Below, in pieces: positions 61,831 through 64,000 of a DNA stretch of 64,000 bases; the first letter of the stretch is position 1; each line of letters opens with the position of its first letter. The DNA is from Eledone cirrhosa (Eukaryota), in contig OZ024740.1 of assembly GCA_964016885.1 (NCBI GenBank), positions 205,592,001 to 205,656,000 of the forward strand, read 5' to 3'. A program made the translations under genes and the position numbers. The notes under the pieces are model-generated. The model was not told the origin of the DNA, made no database searches, and saw only the letters and a program-made list of their open reading frames with translations.

Positions 61831-62693
61831 AGTGGCCGGTCCAGTCCCGGCATTCGGATATGTTCCGCTCTTCTAAGTTATGGTGTGGCAATGCAACCAC
61901 TCATATACATAAAAATCTATAAGATTCTAGCTTATTTAAACCTCAGTAGAAGTAGGGAGATATGTAGTCTTGATAAATGTTAAAGAGCGAAAAATAACGC
62001 ATTGTCGATTACTCCCCCTTGCATTTACTGAGGTCAAGTGTGTGACATTGGTTACAATCTTAAAAATTCATAGCGAAAGGCTCTCAAATGTTTTTCGTAA
62101 ACATCCCGTATATTATTCAATATACAATACGTACATTTATTATATCCCCTCCTCTCTCTCTCTCTCTCTCTCTCTCTGTATATATATATATAAGTTTAGT
62201 AATCTAGGCTATCTTTCTGCTCCCCCGTTCTCTCTGTTTCTCTCACCTTCTTTCGCCCCCTCTGTCAGTTACACTTTCTCTCGACTGACCTCTTCCTCGC
62301 ACTTCCACTCACTCACTCTCTGTTTCTCCCCTTCTCACTTCCTCCCGTTCGTTAGTAGTGGGATTCTTTCTTTCTCACATCTCATTCACGTCGAACGGTC
62401 TGTTTTCTGACCGCTCATGAAATTCACCCAGCTGATCGGATAACCATCATGTTGCTTGCTTTTTTCCTACCTTCGGTTTGCTTTTCCTTCTTGTTGTTTA
62501 CTTGTCTCACTCGCTTTACGCGATTCACTTGTCCCAATAGCTTATTTTAGTTATTGCTCGCACCAACCTGAGGTATATGATTTTTAATGCGATGAAATAC
62601 CAATGATGGTTGGCAAATCACTGATGAGGGACTAATTTTATAATATGTAACCCATGTGCAACCATGCAGTTTTCCTCTTTCTTCCCATGTTTA

Positions 62694-62751
<58 letters not shown>

Positions 62752-63076
62752 CATGTTTAAATGAGTTGATAATACAACCATATAAAGGCAAAGAACATTT
62801 TAAAGCTAAATGTGATTTTATAGTCCATATATACATATATATATATATATCTTAAGGTTTGTTGGTTCACCACTGGATAGAACTGGTCATTCCGTATGGT
62901 CAATCCTGGTGTAATATTGTGAAGAGTACTCAACGCAGTGCAGTTCACCCATCTTCGTTTGTGTAGTTGGTGGTGCGAATACGGAGTTAATTATAAATGA
63001 AGTAACAGGAGGCTGAAATGATCATAGTATAATAAACCTTTCAAGGATTTACACCAGTCCAGCCTCCTGTTACTTC

Positions 63077-63120
<44 letters not shown>

Positions 63121-63616
63121 AACAAGATTAACAAGGATTTAATTAAATCATTCTTCTTTCTTTAAAGTATGGAGTACTAATAATGGTCTTAGTCGTTAAT
63201 TAGTAAGATCTTATTCGTTTGTGTCTTTATAAGCAAAGGGTGTTTTATGTTTGTTGAATCAGGTTATAGGGCACACATGATTAACACTCCCCATTAACTC
63301 CGGTCCCGGGAGGTGTGGTCGTTGTTGAACCTACGACAGTGGGACTTCCGTTGATTCTGACAGCGAGTGAACTAATTCTTTGATCAACACAGAACAGCCT
63401 GTTCTTGAAATTAACGTAGAAGTGACTGAAAATTTAACAGACACGTGTACTCTTATTGTAATTCTCAGGGAGATTTAACGTGAAACATTTTGTCAACTGA
63501 ATGGACTGGGGTAATGTGAAATATAGAACATAATGTGCAATTCGGAATCGAACTCATGAATTTTTCAATCGCGAGTCGATTAACCACGGATTCTGCTTGT
63601 CTCCCGCCTTAACATA

Positions 63617-63729
<113 letters not shown>

Positions 63730-64000
63730 CCGTGTAGTGTAAAAATAAGCTATAGGAAAATAAAAATAAATTCTTATCATGAAAGTGTTATAATTTAAAA
63801 CATTGTAGAATATGAAACATATGTCCGAAAAGCCGCTCAGTGCAGATGAGGGATTGTAAATGTTGAGGTAATAAATGAGGAATGAGAGAAGTAAGGATGA
63901 GTGCCAAGAATGGGAGAAGAGGAAGAAAAACAAGAATAAGAAATTGTGTTTTCTTGGTAATATTTGTTACTCCCAATATATTTCGGATACATTAGCAAGG

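Overview
AT-rich, intron-dominated animal DNA packed with microsatellites and retroelements; the SINE/RTE/Penelope mix suggests an octopod cephalopod (inference). The main gene, reconstructed by hand, has nine minus-strand exons (47151 to 25666). All are GT-AG and phase-consistent, and they encode a 306-aa family-B/adhesion-type 7TM GPCR that appears to begin at its tethered-agonist (Stachel-like) peptide, with no GAIN domain visible. Bases 1-177 look like the last coding exon of a plus-strand gene, possibly BTBD17-like. Mobile DNA includes two Penelope-like elements with inverted terminal duplications carrying minimal hammerhead ribozyme motifs, and a decayed Tx1/L1-type LINE with an intron-like ORF1-ORF2 spacer. 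There is also a 2.1-kb non-autonomous LTR element, several RTE LINE fragments (one with an unbroken ORF), R4/Dong- and CRE-like fragments, two SINE families, TTAA- and TA-flanked MITEs and several minisatellites. All calls were read by eye with no database searches; TE boundaries are approximate unless a TSD or TIR is quoted.
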